A stretch of 64,000 nucleotides of DNA from an uncultured Clostridia bacterium (GTDB lineage: Bacteria; Bacillota; Clostridia; TANB77; CAG-508), in NCBI GenBank assembly GCA_944387505.1, contig CALXFG010000003.1:751-64750 (forward strand), given 5' to 3'. This document shows positions 1 to 10,300 of the stretch, piece after piece. The position numbers and the translations under genes were made by a program. The notes under the pieces were generated by a model. That model was not told the origin of the DNA and did not search any database. It worked only from the letters and a program-made list of their open reading frames with translations. Numbering within the stretch: position 1 is the first letter of the stretch; every line of letters starts with the position of its first letter.

Positions 1-1
1 T

Positions 2-1234
2 AATAAAGTAAAAATGAAAAAGCATTTTTATTGGAATAAAGAAGAATCTATTAACAAAAAGACAAAATCCAAATTAAAATATAATACTTCAAACGCAAAA
101 ACAAAAGATGGTAAAAAAGATGGTGCATTAGTATTTAATGAATATCATGCATACGAAGATGACAAACAAATAAAAGTATTTAAAAGTGGAGCAGGAAAAG
201 TAAGACATTTTAGGATATTTATTATTACTACAAATGGAGATGTTAGAGAAGGTCCTTTAGATAACTTATTAGATGTATGTGAAGGCGTTTTAAACGGAGA
301 AAGTAATGAATTAAGATATTTTCCTTTTATTTGTAAATTGGACAAAGAAGAGGAAGTAGATGATTTTGAAATGTGGGAAAAGGCAAATCCTAGCCTACCA
401 TTTTTACCTACTTTGCAACATGAAATGAAAATGGATTATTTAGAAATGAAAAAGATGCCTTCCAATGTTGCAGAATTTATGACCAAAAGAATGAATTTAC
501 CAAAACAAAATCAAGAACAAATAGTAACAGACTGGGAAAACATATTAAGAGCATCTTATTCTGATGTGAAGAAAAAAATAGAAAGACTATTTCCAGACCT
601 AGAAAATAATTCAGCAATCATTGGAATTGACCTAGCAACTTTAAATGATTTTGCAACAACAGGATTATTATTTAAAGTTAATGATGAGTATATTTGGAGA
701 CACAAGACCTGGATATGTAAACAAAATAAATTTTATGAAAATATTAAATTCCCTTTTGACAGAGCAGGTCAGAAGGGATTTACTGATTTCTGTGTTACAA
801 ATGAAGAAAGTATAGATGAAAATGATATTGTAGATTGGTGCATACAACAAATGCAAAAATATAATGTTAAAAAAATAATAATGGATATGTATAGATTTAA
901 ATTAATAAAAAAAGCATTTGCAGACAAAGGTATAACAGACATAGAAACAACCAAAAATCCAAACGGATTAATTAGAATGATTAGAAATCTTCCTTCTGTT
1001 GAATCTATAATAGCACCTAAAATAGAAATTGAATTTATAAAAGGAAACATAAATATTGGAGATAGTGCAATTATGAGATGGGCAATTAATAACACATGCA
1101 CTAAAAATAGAAAAGATGGGAATAAAGTATATGAAAAAATAGAGCCAAAATTAAGAAAGAACGATCCATTTATGGCTTTTGTTATGGCTATGTCTGGAAA
1201 TGAACTACTAGACGAACAATTCATATATGTTTAG
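2..1234 (+). CDS. terL: Phage terminase large subunit, N-terminus truncated by the window edge
   Basis: The frame is open to position 2. A Walker-B-like ALVFNEYHAYEDD lies only ~40 aa from the ORF start, so the Walker A part is missing. A nuclease-type C-terminal half is present, and the gene sits directly upstream of the portal. Confidence 0.85.
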   Translation, partial: NKVKMKKHFYWNKEESINKKTKSKLKYNTSNAKTKDGKKDGALVFNEYHAYEDDKQIKVFKSGAGKVRHFRIFIITTNGDVREGPLDNLLDVCEGVLNGESNELRYFPFICKLDKEEEVDDFEMWEKANPSLPFLPTLQHEMKMDYLEMKKMPSNVAEFMTKRMNLPKQNQEQIVTDWENILRASYSDVKKKIERLFPDLENNSAIIGIDLATLNDFATTGLLFKVNDEYIWRHKTWICKQNKFYENIKFPFDRAGQKGFTDFCVTNEESIDENDIVDWCIQQMQKYNVKKIIMDMYRFKLIKKAFADKGITDIETTKNPNGLIRMIRNLPSVESIIAPKIEIEFIKGNINIGDSAIMRWAINNTCTKNRKDGNKVYEKIEPKLRKNDPFMAFVMAMSGNELLDEQFIYV

Positions 1235-1295
1235 GAGGCAAAAATGATACTAGATAAAATATTTAAAAATTCAAATGGAGAATATGTAAGTATAT

Positions 1296-2420
1296 TTGAT
1301 GTGCTTTTTCGGAAAAGGAAATATGGAAAATTACGTATATACATTAGCTGAAGCACATGCAATTGATATAATAGCAAGAACCATAGCAAAATGCGAAATA
1401 CAAACATTTGAAATGAAAAATGAAAAGATACAAGAAAACAGAGGAGATTTATATTGGACTTTAAATATTCAACCCAATTATATAGAAACTGGAACTAAGT
1501 TTATTTATAAGCTAGTTACAAAATTACTTATGGACAAAACAGCTTTAGTTTTAATAAATCAAATACCTAATAAAAATTTATTGTATGTAGCAGATTCATA
1601 CAATACAGATCAAATGATTTTCACAGGTAAAACATTTAGAAATATCACAGTTGAAGATGATGAAGGAAATTCAATAAATCTAACTAAAACATATAATTCA
1701 GAAAATACAATTTACTATTCTTTAAAAAATACTAAATTAAAAACGGCAAGTGAAAGTTTTAAAATTAACACAGCAAAACTATTAAAAGCAAGTCAAAAGA
1801 ATTTTATAAGATCAAATACAGCAAAATGGAGGCTAAAGTCTCCAGGACAACAACCAACTTTAATAGATGCAACAACTAAGAAACCAATCAGCAGAGAAGA
1901 ATATAAAGAAAAAATAACAGAAGGTTTAATGAGTGAAGAAGAAGCGATTGTATTACTATCTGAACAATTCGATTTAGAAAATTTAATGCAAAATAATAGT
2001 AAAAGTCTAACGGATTTTGATGGTATCTTTAAAAAAATCGGAGATACTGTAGCTCAAAATTGGAATATACCGTTAGATATTTTTTATGCTTCTAAAACAG
2101 AAAAATCAACAGGAACAGATGATTTTGTAACAATGGCATTAGATGTATATTTTGAACTTTTAGAAGATGGATTTAATAGTTCTCTCGTAGGAAAACAAGA
2201 TTTCTTAAAAGGGGAGTATATTAAATTTAATAGATTAAATATCAATCATAGAGATTTGATAGACAAAGCCAGTGGCTGGGATAAGTTAATTTCTAATGGA
2301 TTTAGTTTTAATCAATTATCTAAGTTTTTAGGTTTACCGACAATCGATGAAGATTGGGCAAATGAACATTATATAACTAAAAATTATGCAAATGTGAAGG
2401 GAGGTGGAGAAGGTGAATAA
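1296..2420 (+). CDS. Phage portal protein (HK97-type). The true N-terminus is probably at ATG 1244, in another frame (see finding).
   Basis: 374-aa ORF between terminase and prohead protease. An AGGAGG-ATG 1244 mini-ORF (MILDKIFKNSNGEYVSIFDVLF...) looks like the missing portal N-terminus. Confidence 0.8.
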   Translation: MMCFFGKGNMENYVYTLAEAHAIDIIARTIAKCEIQTFEMKNEKIQENRGDLYWTLNIQPNYIETGTKFIYKLVTKLLMDKTALVLINQIPNKNLLYVADSYNTDQMIFTGKTFRNITVEDDEGNSINLTKTYNSENTIYYSLKNTKLKTASESFKINTAKLLKASQKNFIRSNTAKWRLKSPGQQPTLIDATTKKPISREEYKEKITEGLMSEEEAIVLLSEQFDLENLMQNNSKSLTDFDGIFKKIGDTVAQNWNIPLDIFYASKTEKSTGTDDFVTMALDVYFELLEDGFNSSLVGKQDFLKGEYIKFNRLNINHRDLIDKASGWDKLISNGFSFNQLSKFLGLPTIDEDWANEHYITKNYANVKGGGEGE

Positions 2421-3168
2421 AAAATACTTACAATTCGAAAAAACAGACGAGCAGAATACCAACCTTTATATATATGGTGATATAAGGAAACAAGATTTAA
2501 TTGATAAGTGGTTTGGAGATGATGAAACCAGAGTAGATGCGTTTTCATTTAAAGAAGCATTGGAAAATGTAGATACTCCAAATCTAACTGTAAGAATTAA
2601 TTCATATGGTGGTTCTGTATCAGAAGGATTAGCAATATATGGATTATTATCAGATTTTAAAGGGAATTTAAGAACAATAGTAGATGGATTTGCATGTAGT
2701 GCTGCATCAATAATTTTTATGGCAGGAAAAGAAAGAATAGTTCCTGAGAATGGACTTCTAATGATACATAATGCATGGAGTTCAGTAGAAGGAGATTCAA
2801 ATGCTATGAAAAAAGCAGCAGAAGATTTAGAAAAAATAACACAACCTTCTGTAAATATATATGTTGCAAAAACTGGGCTTCCAGAAAAAGAAATCAAAAA
2901 GATGATGGATGAAGAAAAATGGATTACATCACAAGAAGCATTTGACATGGGATTTTCTACTGCACAAGTCAAAAAAGACGATGCTCAACAGGCATTAGAA
3001 GCAAACTATATGTTTAATTTAGTGTTAAAGCTAAAAGAAAAGGACAAAGAAATTGAAAAACTAAAAAAAGAAATAGAACAAAAGACACCAAATGAAATCA
3101 GACAAGTAAATAATTTAAAACCGATTAAGGAAGACGCGTGGGCGTCTTTTTTTAATACAAAAAATTAG
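2404..3168 (+). CDS. ClpP-like prohead (head maturation) serine protease
   Basis: ClpP/S14-like motifs INSYGGSV, GFACSAASIIFMAG (Ser) and MIHNAW (His). Coiled-coil C-terminus. The start may be GTG 2413, after GGAGGTG. Confidence 0.85.
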   Translation: MEKVNKKYLQFEKTDEQNTNLYIYGDIRKQDLIDKWFGDDETRVDAFSFKEALENVDTPNLTVRINSYGGSVSEGLAIYGLLSDFKGNLRTIVDGFACSAASIIFMAGKERIVPENGLLMIHNAWSSVEGDSNAMKKAAEDLEKITQPSVNIYVAKTGLPEKEIKKMMDEEKWITSQEAFDMGFSTAQVKKDDAQQALEANYMFNLVLKLKEKDKEIEKLKKEIEQKTPNEIRQVNNLKPIKEDAWASFFNTKN

Positions 3169-3186
3169 AAAAGTGAGGTAAAAAAC

Positions 3187-4377
3187 ATGAAAATTAATCA
3201 AACAAAAATGAAACAAGCCCAAGAAGAGGCTTTAAAAATTCTTCAAGAAGGTGAAGATAAATCACAAGCAGTTTTAGATGCTATAGATAAAATAGCATCA
3301 GTTCAATATGAAGACTTAATAAAAGAAATTAAAGAAGAAGCAGAAGAATGTGAAAGTAATAAAGAATATGCAAAAAAACTAAAGATAAGAACACTATCTA
3401 AAGAAGAAAAAGATTTTTTACAAGCTTTAGTAAACGATCCAAAGCAAGCAGTAACAGCAAAACAAGTTGATGTTATTCCTACGACAATGATTGATATTAC
3501 ACTTGAAAATATAAAAGAAGAAGATCCGGATGGAATATTAAGTGATGTAGAATTTGCACCAGCTGATGTCAAGAAATGGATGACTGCAGATAAAACAGGA
3601 ACTTTTGCTTGGGGAGCTTTATTAGGAGCTATTGGTGGAGAATTAGGTGCATCATTTGAAGGATTAGACGTTGAAGTTAATAAATTAAGTGCTTATTTAA
3701 TAATTCCTAAAGCATTAAAAGATTTAGCATTACCTTTTGTTGATAAATATTTTATGGCAATATTAAAAGAAAATATTAGAGATGGACTTGAATACGGATA
3801 TTTACAAGGAAAAGGAAAAAATGAACCAATAGGAATTTATAAACAAATTGAGTCTGTTAATGAAGATGGAACTCATAAAGATAAAGTGATAAATAATACT
3901 TTAACCAAATTTACTCCAAAAGGATTAGCTGTAGCTAAAAAATATTTAAACAATGAAGGAAAAAGAGTTTTAAATCAACTTTCTTTATATTGTCATCCTA
4001 ATGACGAAGCGGACTATGTAGCTCCTGCTTTATATGATAGTGAAGGTAGATTAGTTAGCTCATACAAAAATTTAAAAGTAAAACAATCTACACAAAATCC
4101 TCAAGGAAAAGCAGCATTAGTAATACCAAAGAAATATGTATTAGGTCTAAAAGATATGGGAATTAAAGAATATGATCAAACAAAGGCATTAGATGATGCA
4201 GATGTAGTAATTGCAAAATGTTATGCAAATGGTAGAGCAGTAGATGACAATATTGCATTTGTATTTGATGTAACAAAACTTGAAGAATATGTTCAACCGG
4301 TCAAAGTTGTAGGAACAGTAGAAACAACAACTACTGTAAACGGAACTGTACAAACAGAAACAACACCAGGAGCTTAG
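3187..4377 (+). CDS. Major capsid protein (HK97-like)
   Basis: 396 aa, immediately after the protease, with an acidic/coiled N-terminal delta-like region. Followed by a hairpin at 4367-4392. Confidence 0.8.
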   Translation: MKINQTKMKQAQEEALKILQEGEDKSQAVLDAIDKIASVQYEDLIKEIKEEAEECESNKEYAKKLKIRTLSKEEKDFLQALVNDPKQAVTAKQVDVIPTTMIDITLENIKEEDPDGILSDVEFAPADVKKWMTADKTGTFAWGALLGAIGGELGASFEGLDVEVNKLSAYLIIPKALKDLALPFVDKYFMAILKENIRDGLEYGYLQGKGKNEPIGIYKQIESVNEDGTHKDKVINNTLTKFTPKGLAVAKKYLNNEGKRVLNQLSLYCHPNDEADYVAPALYDSEGRLVSSYKNLKVKQSTQNPQGKAALVIPKKYVLGLKDMGIKEYDQTKALDDADVVIAKCYANGRAVDDNIAFVFDVTKLEEYVQPVKVVGTVETTTTVNGTVQTETTPGA

Positions 4378-4418
4378 AAATAAGCTCCTTTAATATTTTT
4401 AAGGAGGTAAAAGAAAAA

Positions 4419-4619
4419 ATGGAAGAAAAATATGTAGTTATTTATAAAGCTTTCAAAGATTTGGAGGATGATAATTATCTTTACAAAAAAGGTGATACAT
4501 ATCCTCGTGAAGGATTAAAACCAACTAAAAAAAGAATTGCTGAATTATCTTCAAAGAAAAATAAAATCGGAGAAGTGCTTATTGAAGCCGTAAAAGTTGA
4601 AAAAGAAGATAAAGAATAG
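4419..4619 (+). CDS. Small phage head-associated hypothetical protein
   Basis: SD AAGGAGG 8 nt upstream. 66 aa, with coding-like composition. Confidence 0.5.
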   Translation: MEEKYVVIYKAFKDLEDDNYLYKKGDTYPREGLKPTKKRIAELSSKKNKIGEVLIEAVKVEKEDKE

Positions 4620-4628
4620 AGGTGTATT

Positions 4629-4916
4629 ATGGACAATACACAAATAAAAAGTTTAATAACTGAAATAAGAGGAGAACAGCACATATCTCCTTTTGAAGAG
4701 GACAAGGTATTAGAAGGTTATATAAAAGAAGCAGAATATGATATCAACAATCATGTAGGAACTGAAATTGATTTTGAAAAAGATTTAAAGGCAAGGAGTC
4801 TATTAAAAAATTATGTATTATATTCTAGATTCAAGCGATTAGCTGAATTTAAGCAATTGTACGCAGGTGAATATGCTAACTTACAAGCAGACTATTACAA
4901 GTCTTCCGACATATAA
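4629..4916 (+). CDS. Head-tail connector (gp6-like) protein
   Basis: 95 aa. Size and position match gp6-like DNA-packaging/connector proteins. Confidence 0.55.
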   Translation: MDNTQIKSLITEIRGEQHISPFEEDKVLEGYIKEAEYDINNHVGTEIDFEKDLKARSLLKNYVLYSRFKRLAEFKQLYAGEYANLQADYYKSSDI

Positions 4917-5256
4917 TGATGGAAAATTTAGACTCTTTGAAATAAAACAAACCGAAACAGATTTTCCAATTGAATATATAAAAAATACTGGAAAGGATAT
5001 ATGGTTTGAAGAATTATCAATTACAGACAAATTAAAATTTGAAGCTGAAGAAAGAAAGAAAAATATAACCTATAAACTTAGAATACCTCAAACAAAAGAA
5101 ATTACTTCTTTACATGTTGTTAAAATTGGAGACACATATCATAAAGTTTTTAATGCATATCACTTTACAAATAGTGATGGATATAAACAGACGGATTTGA
5201 CGTTGGAATTGTATCCAAGAGTGAAATTGGAGGAGGATATAAATGACAAAACCTGA
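4873..5256 (+). CDS. Head closure / head-tail adaptor protein
   Basis: About 127 aa in the connector module. ATG 4873 (GTG 4867 in the ORF track) overlaps the previous gene. Confidence 0.5.
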   Translation: MLTYKQTITSLPTYNDGKFRLFEIKQTETDFPIEYIKNTGKDIWFEELSITDKLKFEAEERKKNITYKLRIPQTKEITSLHVVKIGDTYHKVFNAYHFTNSDGYKQTDLTLELYPRVKLEEDINDKT

Positions 5257-5572
5257 ATTAGTAGAGTTGTTAAAAAAATTAAATATACCAGTCAATGAAG
5301 GAACGCCAAATGATAAAGTAATAGAAGACCCAGAAATAATATATTTCTGGGATTATTACTGGGAAGATTTAGTGGCAAGTGGAAAAGAATATAACACAAA
5401 TGTTACATATCAAATATCTTTTCTAGCAGAAGTTCCAAGAAGTAAAAATTTACTAGAACTTAAACATAATTTAAATAATTTAGGTTTGCATCCTTCAATC
5501 CAACATGAATACGATCCAGAAAAAAGAAGATGGCATTCGTATTTTGCATTAGAGGTGTTAGAAAATATCTAA
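5243..5572 (+). CDS. Phage connector/tail-completion hypothetical protein
   Basis: SD GGAGGAGG upstream of ATG 5243. 109 aa. Confidence 0.5.
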   Translation: MTKPELVELLKKLNIPVNEGTPNDKVIEDPEIIYFWDYYWEDLVASGKEYNTNVTYQISFLAEVPRSKNLLELKHNLNNLGLHPSIQHEYDPEKRRWHSYFALEVLENI

Positions 5573-5627
5573 TGAAGTTTATGGATATAGTGGTTTTCAA
5601 GCTTTATCAGATGTATTAGAAGGATAT

Positions 5628-5936
5628 ATGAAAAATGTAGAAAATCCTACAGAGATTTTAGAAGTAGGAGCTAAAGAATTTGTTAATGATTTATTAAAAT
5701 TAACAAAACCGATGTCACAAATAAGAAAATCGGGATATACACATTTAATTGATAGTTTTGCTTATAGAGTAAAAAAAGACGAGGTTGAAGCAGGATGGGG
5801 CAAGTATTATGGTCCAATGGTTGAACGTGGTACAACTAAAATGAACGAACAACCTCATCTATATCCTTTATGGAATAAAAACAAAGAAAAATATTATAAA
5901 TCAATGCTCACTAAACTAGGTTTAAAAACCTGGTAA
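5628..5936 (+). CDS. HK97 gp10-like tail-completion protein (N-terminus possibly frameshifted)
   Basis: 102 aa directly before the major tail gene. The same frame is open from 5562 (..YGYSGFQALSDVLEGY-M) with no start codon, while ATG 5572 lies in another frame. Confidence 0.55.
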   Translation: MKNVENPTEILEVGAKEFVNDLLKLTKPMSQIRKSGYTHLIDSFAYRVKKDEVEAGWGKYYGPMVERGTTKMNEQPHLYPLWNKNKEKYYKSMLTKLGLKTW

Positions 5937-5968
5937 TAGTGAGCATTTTTAGAAAGGAATGATTATAA

Positions 5969-6598
5969 ATGTCAATTACTACAAAGAAGCCTAAAATAAA
6001 AGAAACAGTTGGAGCATTATATTATGCATTTAATACCATGACAGAAGCAGGAGAGTTTGATCCAGAAGCTTATGAAACAACAAATAAGAGTGATGTTGTA
6101 AAAACCATAACAACTACAGATAATGCTACTACTACAACAGTCAGAGCTAGTGGACAAGATTATGAAACCGTAAATCAAAGTGCTAGTATTGAAAATGAAG
6201 TAGAAGTTATTGCATTAGATCCAGAAGATTTGGCAAAAATGAGAGGAGACGACATTCATGAAAATGGATTGATTTTAAGTGGAGCTCCAGGAAAAAGACC
6301 ATTTTTTGCATTTGGAAAAGTTGTTAAAAAATTAGGAGGAGCAGTAGAATATGTTTGGTATCCTAAATGTCAATTAACAGAAAATACTGATGAAGCTGCA
6401 ACTTCTGAAGAAGAATTTTCTGAGCAAACAGACACAGTAACCATTACAGCATATGCATTTGATGATGCAGGAAATAAAAGTGTAAGAGTAAATAGTGAAA
6501 TGACTAGTTTCCCAGAGGGATTAACAGAAGAAAAATTCTTTGAAGCACCAATTTTAGATGATGCGGGATTAACTGCTGCAACAGCACCAACAGCTTAG
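5969..6598 (+). CDS. Major tail protein
   Basis: 209 aa, Thr/Ala-rich, upstream of the tape measure and followed by a terminator hairpin. Confidence 0.7.
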   Translation: MSITTKKPKIKETVGALYYAFNTMTEAGEFDPEAYETTNKSDVVKTITTTDNATTTTVRASGQDYETVNQSASIENEVEVIALDPEDLAKMRGDDIHENGLILSGAPGKRPFFAFGKVVKKLGGAVEYVWYPKCQLTENTDEAATSEEEFSEQTDTVTITAYAFDDAGNKSVRVNSEMTSFPEGLTEEKFFEAPILDDAGLTAATAPTA

Positions 6599-6606
6599 AA
6601 AATACG

Positions 6607-6635
6607 AGGCTCTAAAATGGATTTAGAGCCTTTTA
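6607..6635 (+). terminator. Rho-independent terminator after the major tail gene
   Basis: Stem AGGCTCTAAA (6607-6616) / TTTAGAGCCT (6622-6631) followed by TTTT. Confidence 0.7.
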
Positions 6636-6678
6636 AAAAATTTAATAATTAAGTAGATGTCAAAATATTTGATTTTAG

Positions 6679-6713
6679 AAGTTACACAACACAGAGATAT
6701 GTTATGTAACTTG
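6679..6713. promoter_or_regulatory. 13-bp inverted repeat (operator-like) upstream of the moron promoter
   Basis: AAGTTACACAACA (6679-6691) pairs with TGTTATGTAACTT (6701-6713), 1 mismatch. Nested in a looser palindrome at 6661-6732. Confidence 0.4.
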
Positions 6714-6750
6714 TGAAATCGAATATATTTGGAAAAATTTTCAAATAACG

Positions 6751-6777
6751 TTGAAAATTGTAAAATATTGGTATATA
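6751..6777 (+). promoter_or_regulatory. Sigma-A-type promoter with extended -10
   Basis: TTGAAA (6751-6756), 15-nt spacer, then TGgTATAAT (6769-6777). Confidence 0.6.
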
Positions 6778-6809
6778 ATCCTCTTAGAAAATAAAGGGAG
6801 GATATGTTT

Positions 6810-7268
6810 ATGGAAGAAAATGAAGTAAAAAAAGAAAAAACGTTCTACAAGAAATGGTGGTTTTGGGTAATTGTTTTAGCAATAGTAGCAGTTATAGGGG
6901 TTACTATAGTAATGACAATAGCAGCAACAGGAGGAATAAATGAAATTGCATTATCAGTACAGAGTATTGACGATGAGGCAACTGTATATACTTCAACAGG
7001 AGGAAATACTATTATAGTAAGAATACCAAATTATTCAGAAGTTAGCATAAATGATTTAAATGAAATAAAAAACATAATAAAAAATAACTTAGAATCAGTT
7101 TTAATTAATTATTCAAGATTTATAATGATATCTGATTTAACAGATTATAATAATGACAAAATTATGAGTGTAGCTGTTTACAATCTTCCTGATATGGAAT
7201 TGAACATGAATGAGTCAAAAGCATATATTGATAGCAGTTCATCAACAATTGAGGATATTTTAGAATAA
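6810..7268 (+). CDS. Moron-like single-pass membrane protein inserted between major tail and tape measure
   Basis: Own promoter and its own terminator-like hairpin (7322-7358). SD GGGAGG lies 7 nt before ATG 6810. TM helix WWFWVIVLAIVAVIGVTIVMTIAA. Confidence 0.65.
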   Translation: MEENEVKKEKTFYKKWWFWVIVLAIVAVIGVTIVMTIAATGGINEIALSVQSIDDEATVYTSTGGNTIIVRIPNYSEVSINDLNEIKNIIKNNLESVLINYSRFIMISDLTDYNNDKIMSVAVYNLPDMELNMNESKAYIDSSSSTIEDILE

Positions 7269-7377
7269 AAAATACATAAAATACAGTATTCTTTAGAGTG
7301 CGCAAAATTATTTTAAATACAAAAAGCATCAGATTAATTTCTGGTGTTTTTATTTTTGCAAAAAAAGAGGTGTAAAA

Positions 7378-10300
7378 ATGGCAAATGAGTTACAAAAGGT
7401 AGGACTAGTTTTTACAGAAGAGGGAGCAGTAGATTTTAAGAAAACATTACAAGATATAAATTCAGAATTAAACAAAAACTATAATCAATTTAGATTAACA
7501 CAATCACAATGGGATAGTTCTACATCCAGTACGGAAAAATTAAGAGCATCACAAGAATATTTATCAAATGCTTATCAAATACAACAAGATAGAGTAAATA
7601 CTTTAAGAATGCAGTTAGAGGAGTTAGAAAATTCAGAAAACAAAAACACAACAGCTATAAACAAAAAAAGAAATGAATTAACAAAAGCAGAAATTAAATT
7701 ACAAGATTACAATAGTAAATTAAAAGAAGTAGATGCACAATTAAATGACAGTAATCAAAAATTACAACAATATGGTAAAAAAATTAGTGATGTAAGTGAA
7801 AAAATAAGTGATGTTGGAAATAAAGCATCTGTCATTTCTGCAGGAGTAGCTGCAGGTGGTACGATATTAGCAAACAATGCTATGAATTTAGAAAATGCAG
7901 TAGCTAAATATGTCAGCACTACAAATACAGCTGAAAATGAAACAGAAAAATATAAGCAAGTATTAGAAAACATTAATAAAAATAATTATGGCGAAGGATA
8001 TGAAGATATTGCAGATTCTATGGCACAAGTAACAATGCAATTAAAAGACTTAAATGAACAGGATTTGCAAAATATCACAGAAAAAGCAATAGCATTAAGA
8101 GATTTATTTGGATACGATGTATCAGAAAGTGTTAGAGCAGTAAAAGCAATGATGGATAATCTTAATGTTAGTGCAGACGAAGCTTTTAATTTAATTGCAG
8201 AAGGAAAAAAACAAGGATTAGATTTCTCGAATGAGTTACTAGACAATATTAATGAATACTCTGTACAATTTGGTAAGTTAGGACTATCAGCAGAAGATAT
8301 GTTCAACATATTCAAAGTTGGAGCTGATAATGGAGCATTTAACTTAGATAAAATAGGCGATGCAGTAAAAGAATTTTCAATAAGAGTAATTGATGGAAGC
8401 AATACAACAGTAGATGGATTCAAAAGAATAGGTTTAAATGCAGATAAGATGGCAAAAAAATTCGCTAACGGTGGAGAAGAAGCAAAACAGGCATTTATAG
8501 AAGTTGTAAATCGACTAGGAAGTATGGATGACAAAGTTTCTCAAAGTATTGCAGGGGTTGATCTATTTGGAACTATGTGGGAAGACTTAGGACCAACGGT
8601 TATTACAAGTTTTAGTAAAATGGATAACGGAATATCAAAAAGTAGTGACTCAATGCAAAAGTCTATTGATCAACTATATAACACAACAAAACAAAAAGCA
8701 GAGACACAATTAAAGAGATTACAAAGTCTTGGAGCAGACTTTGGAGACGAAATGTTACCAGTTTTAGAAGATTTAATAGATATGGCAGAAGGATTTATAG
8801 ATAAACTGGAAGGCATGAGCGATGCAGAAAAAGAGAATATTGTAAAAATAGGATTATTTGTAGCGGGAGTAGGACCATTAATAAAAACAATGGGAACAGC
8901 AGGACAAGTGATAGGTGGAGTTACTCAAGGAATTGGAACATTCACGCAAGCAATAGGTGTAGCAACAGGTAAAACAACCTCATCTGTTACAAGTGTAAAC
9001 AATTTAGCAAGTGTATTTGGAAAATTAAGTAATCCTATTAGTTTAACAACTATTATAATAGGAAGTCTGATTGCTGCATACACAGCGCATCATATAGCAG
9101 TAACACAAGAAAAAGCATCATTAGAAGGACTAAGAGAAGAGGTTGAAAATCAAAGTCAATCTTGGCAGTCATTAGCAGAAACTAGAAATGAAACATTATC
9201 TGGAAATTTATCTGAAATTGAAAATACATCTAGGTTAGCAGACGAATTAAAAAAAATAACAGAAGAAAATGGAAAAGTAAAACAGGGATATGAAGATAGG
9301 GCACAAGTTATTTTAAATCAATTAAATTCTGCATTAGGAACAGAATATACTTTAAATGGAAATATCATAAATCAATATCAAGAATTAAAAAACAATATAG
9401 ATCAAATAATTGAAAAGAAAAAAGCAGAAGCGGTATTAAATGCATATCAACAAGAATATGAAACAGCAATAAAAGAACAGGCGGAAGCTACAAAAACATT
9501 AGTAGGATTAAAACAACAATTAGCAGATGCAGCTAATCAAATGGCAACAGGCAATGCAAAAGAAAGAGCGGAAGCACAGTTACTATACAGTAGTATAGCT
9601 CAACATATAGGAGAACAAACAGAAATAATAGGACAATATGGAAAAACTATACAAGATTATGAGAATTTACAATCAGCAAGTGTTTCTGGAAATGCTCAAC
9701 AACTTCAAGAAGCAACTCAAAGTATGATGACATCTTATGAAGAAGTGAAACAAGCTTCGCAACAAACAATCGAAGAACAAATAAATACTCAAACTGAATA
9801 TATGTCAGTATTAAAAAATAGCTTAATAGAAGCTCAAAAGGCAAATGATGAATATCAGAGTAATATATTAAATTCACAATTAGAAACAGAAAAACAAAAG
9901 CTTAACAATTTAGTAAATAGTTTAGTAGAACAAACTTCTACAATACAAGAATTAACCCCTCAACAAATTGATGCTTGGAAAAAAATAGCCGATTCAAGTT
10001 ATATAGAGTATTCAAATGGATTAATGAGGTTACCAGAGGAAACAAGAAATAAAATACAAGAATCAACAGGAAAAATAGCTCATGATACTACAATGCCAAA
10101 TGCTGCAGGAAACAAAGCTACTGTAGTAACAGATGTGTTTGGAAGAAATTTAACTATAGCAGACAAAGCAAGAGAAGATATATCTAATACGTCTAACACT
10201 TTTAGTAGAGATACAACAGTCCAAAATGAAGCAGGAAAACTTGGAAGAGATGCATCAAATTCATTTAAAAATAGTGCAAAAGGAGAACAAACAGGAAAAA

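Noticed and set aside
769-1224. Antisense or shadow ORFs opposite strongly supported genes. Examples: 769-1224(-), 2466-2972(-), 7986-8534(-), 30688-31308(-), 34224-34652(-), 42381-42998(-), 51961-52344(+), 58882-59298(+) and 62135-62512(-), plus many 60-90-aa ones.
   Set aside because: They lie fully inside well-motivated genes on the other strand. Their composition is low-complexity Ile/Phe/Leu/Ser-rich, as is typical of reverse frames in AT-rich DNA, and they lack convincing SD sequences.
6599-7377. Hidden -1 programmed frameshift chaperone pair between the major tail gene and the tape measure
   Set aside because: No overlapping ORF pair and no slippery heptamer were found. The space is taken up by a terminator, a promoter and a single membrane-protein gene.
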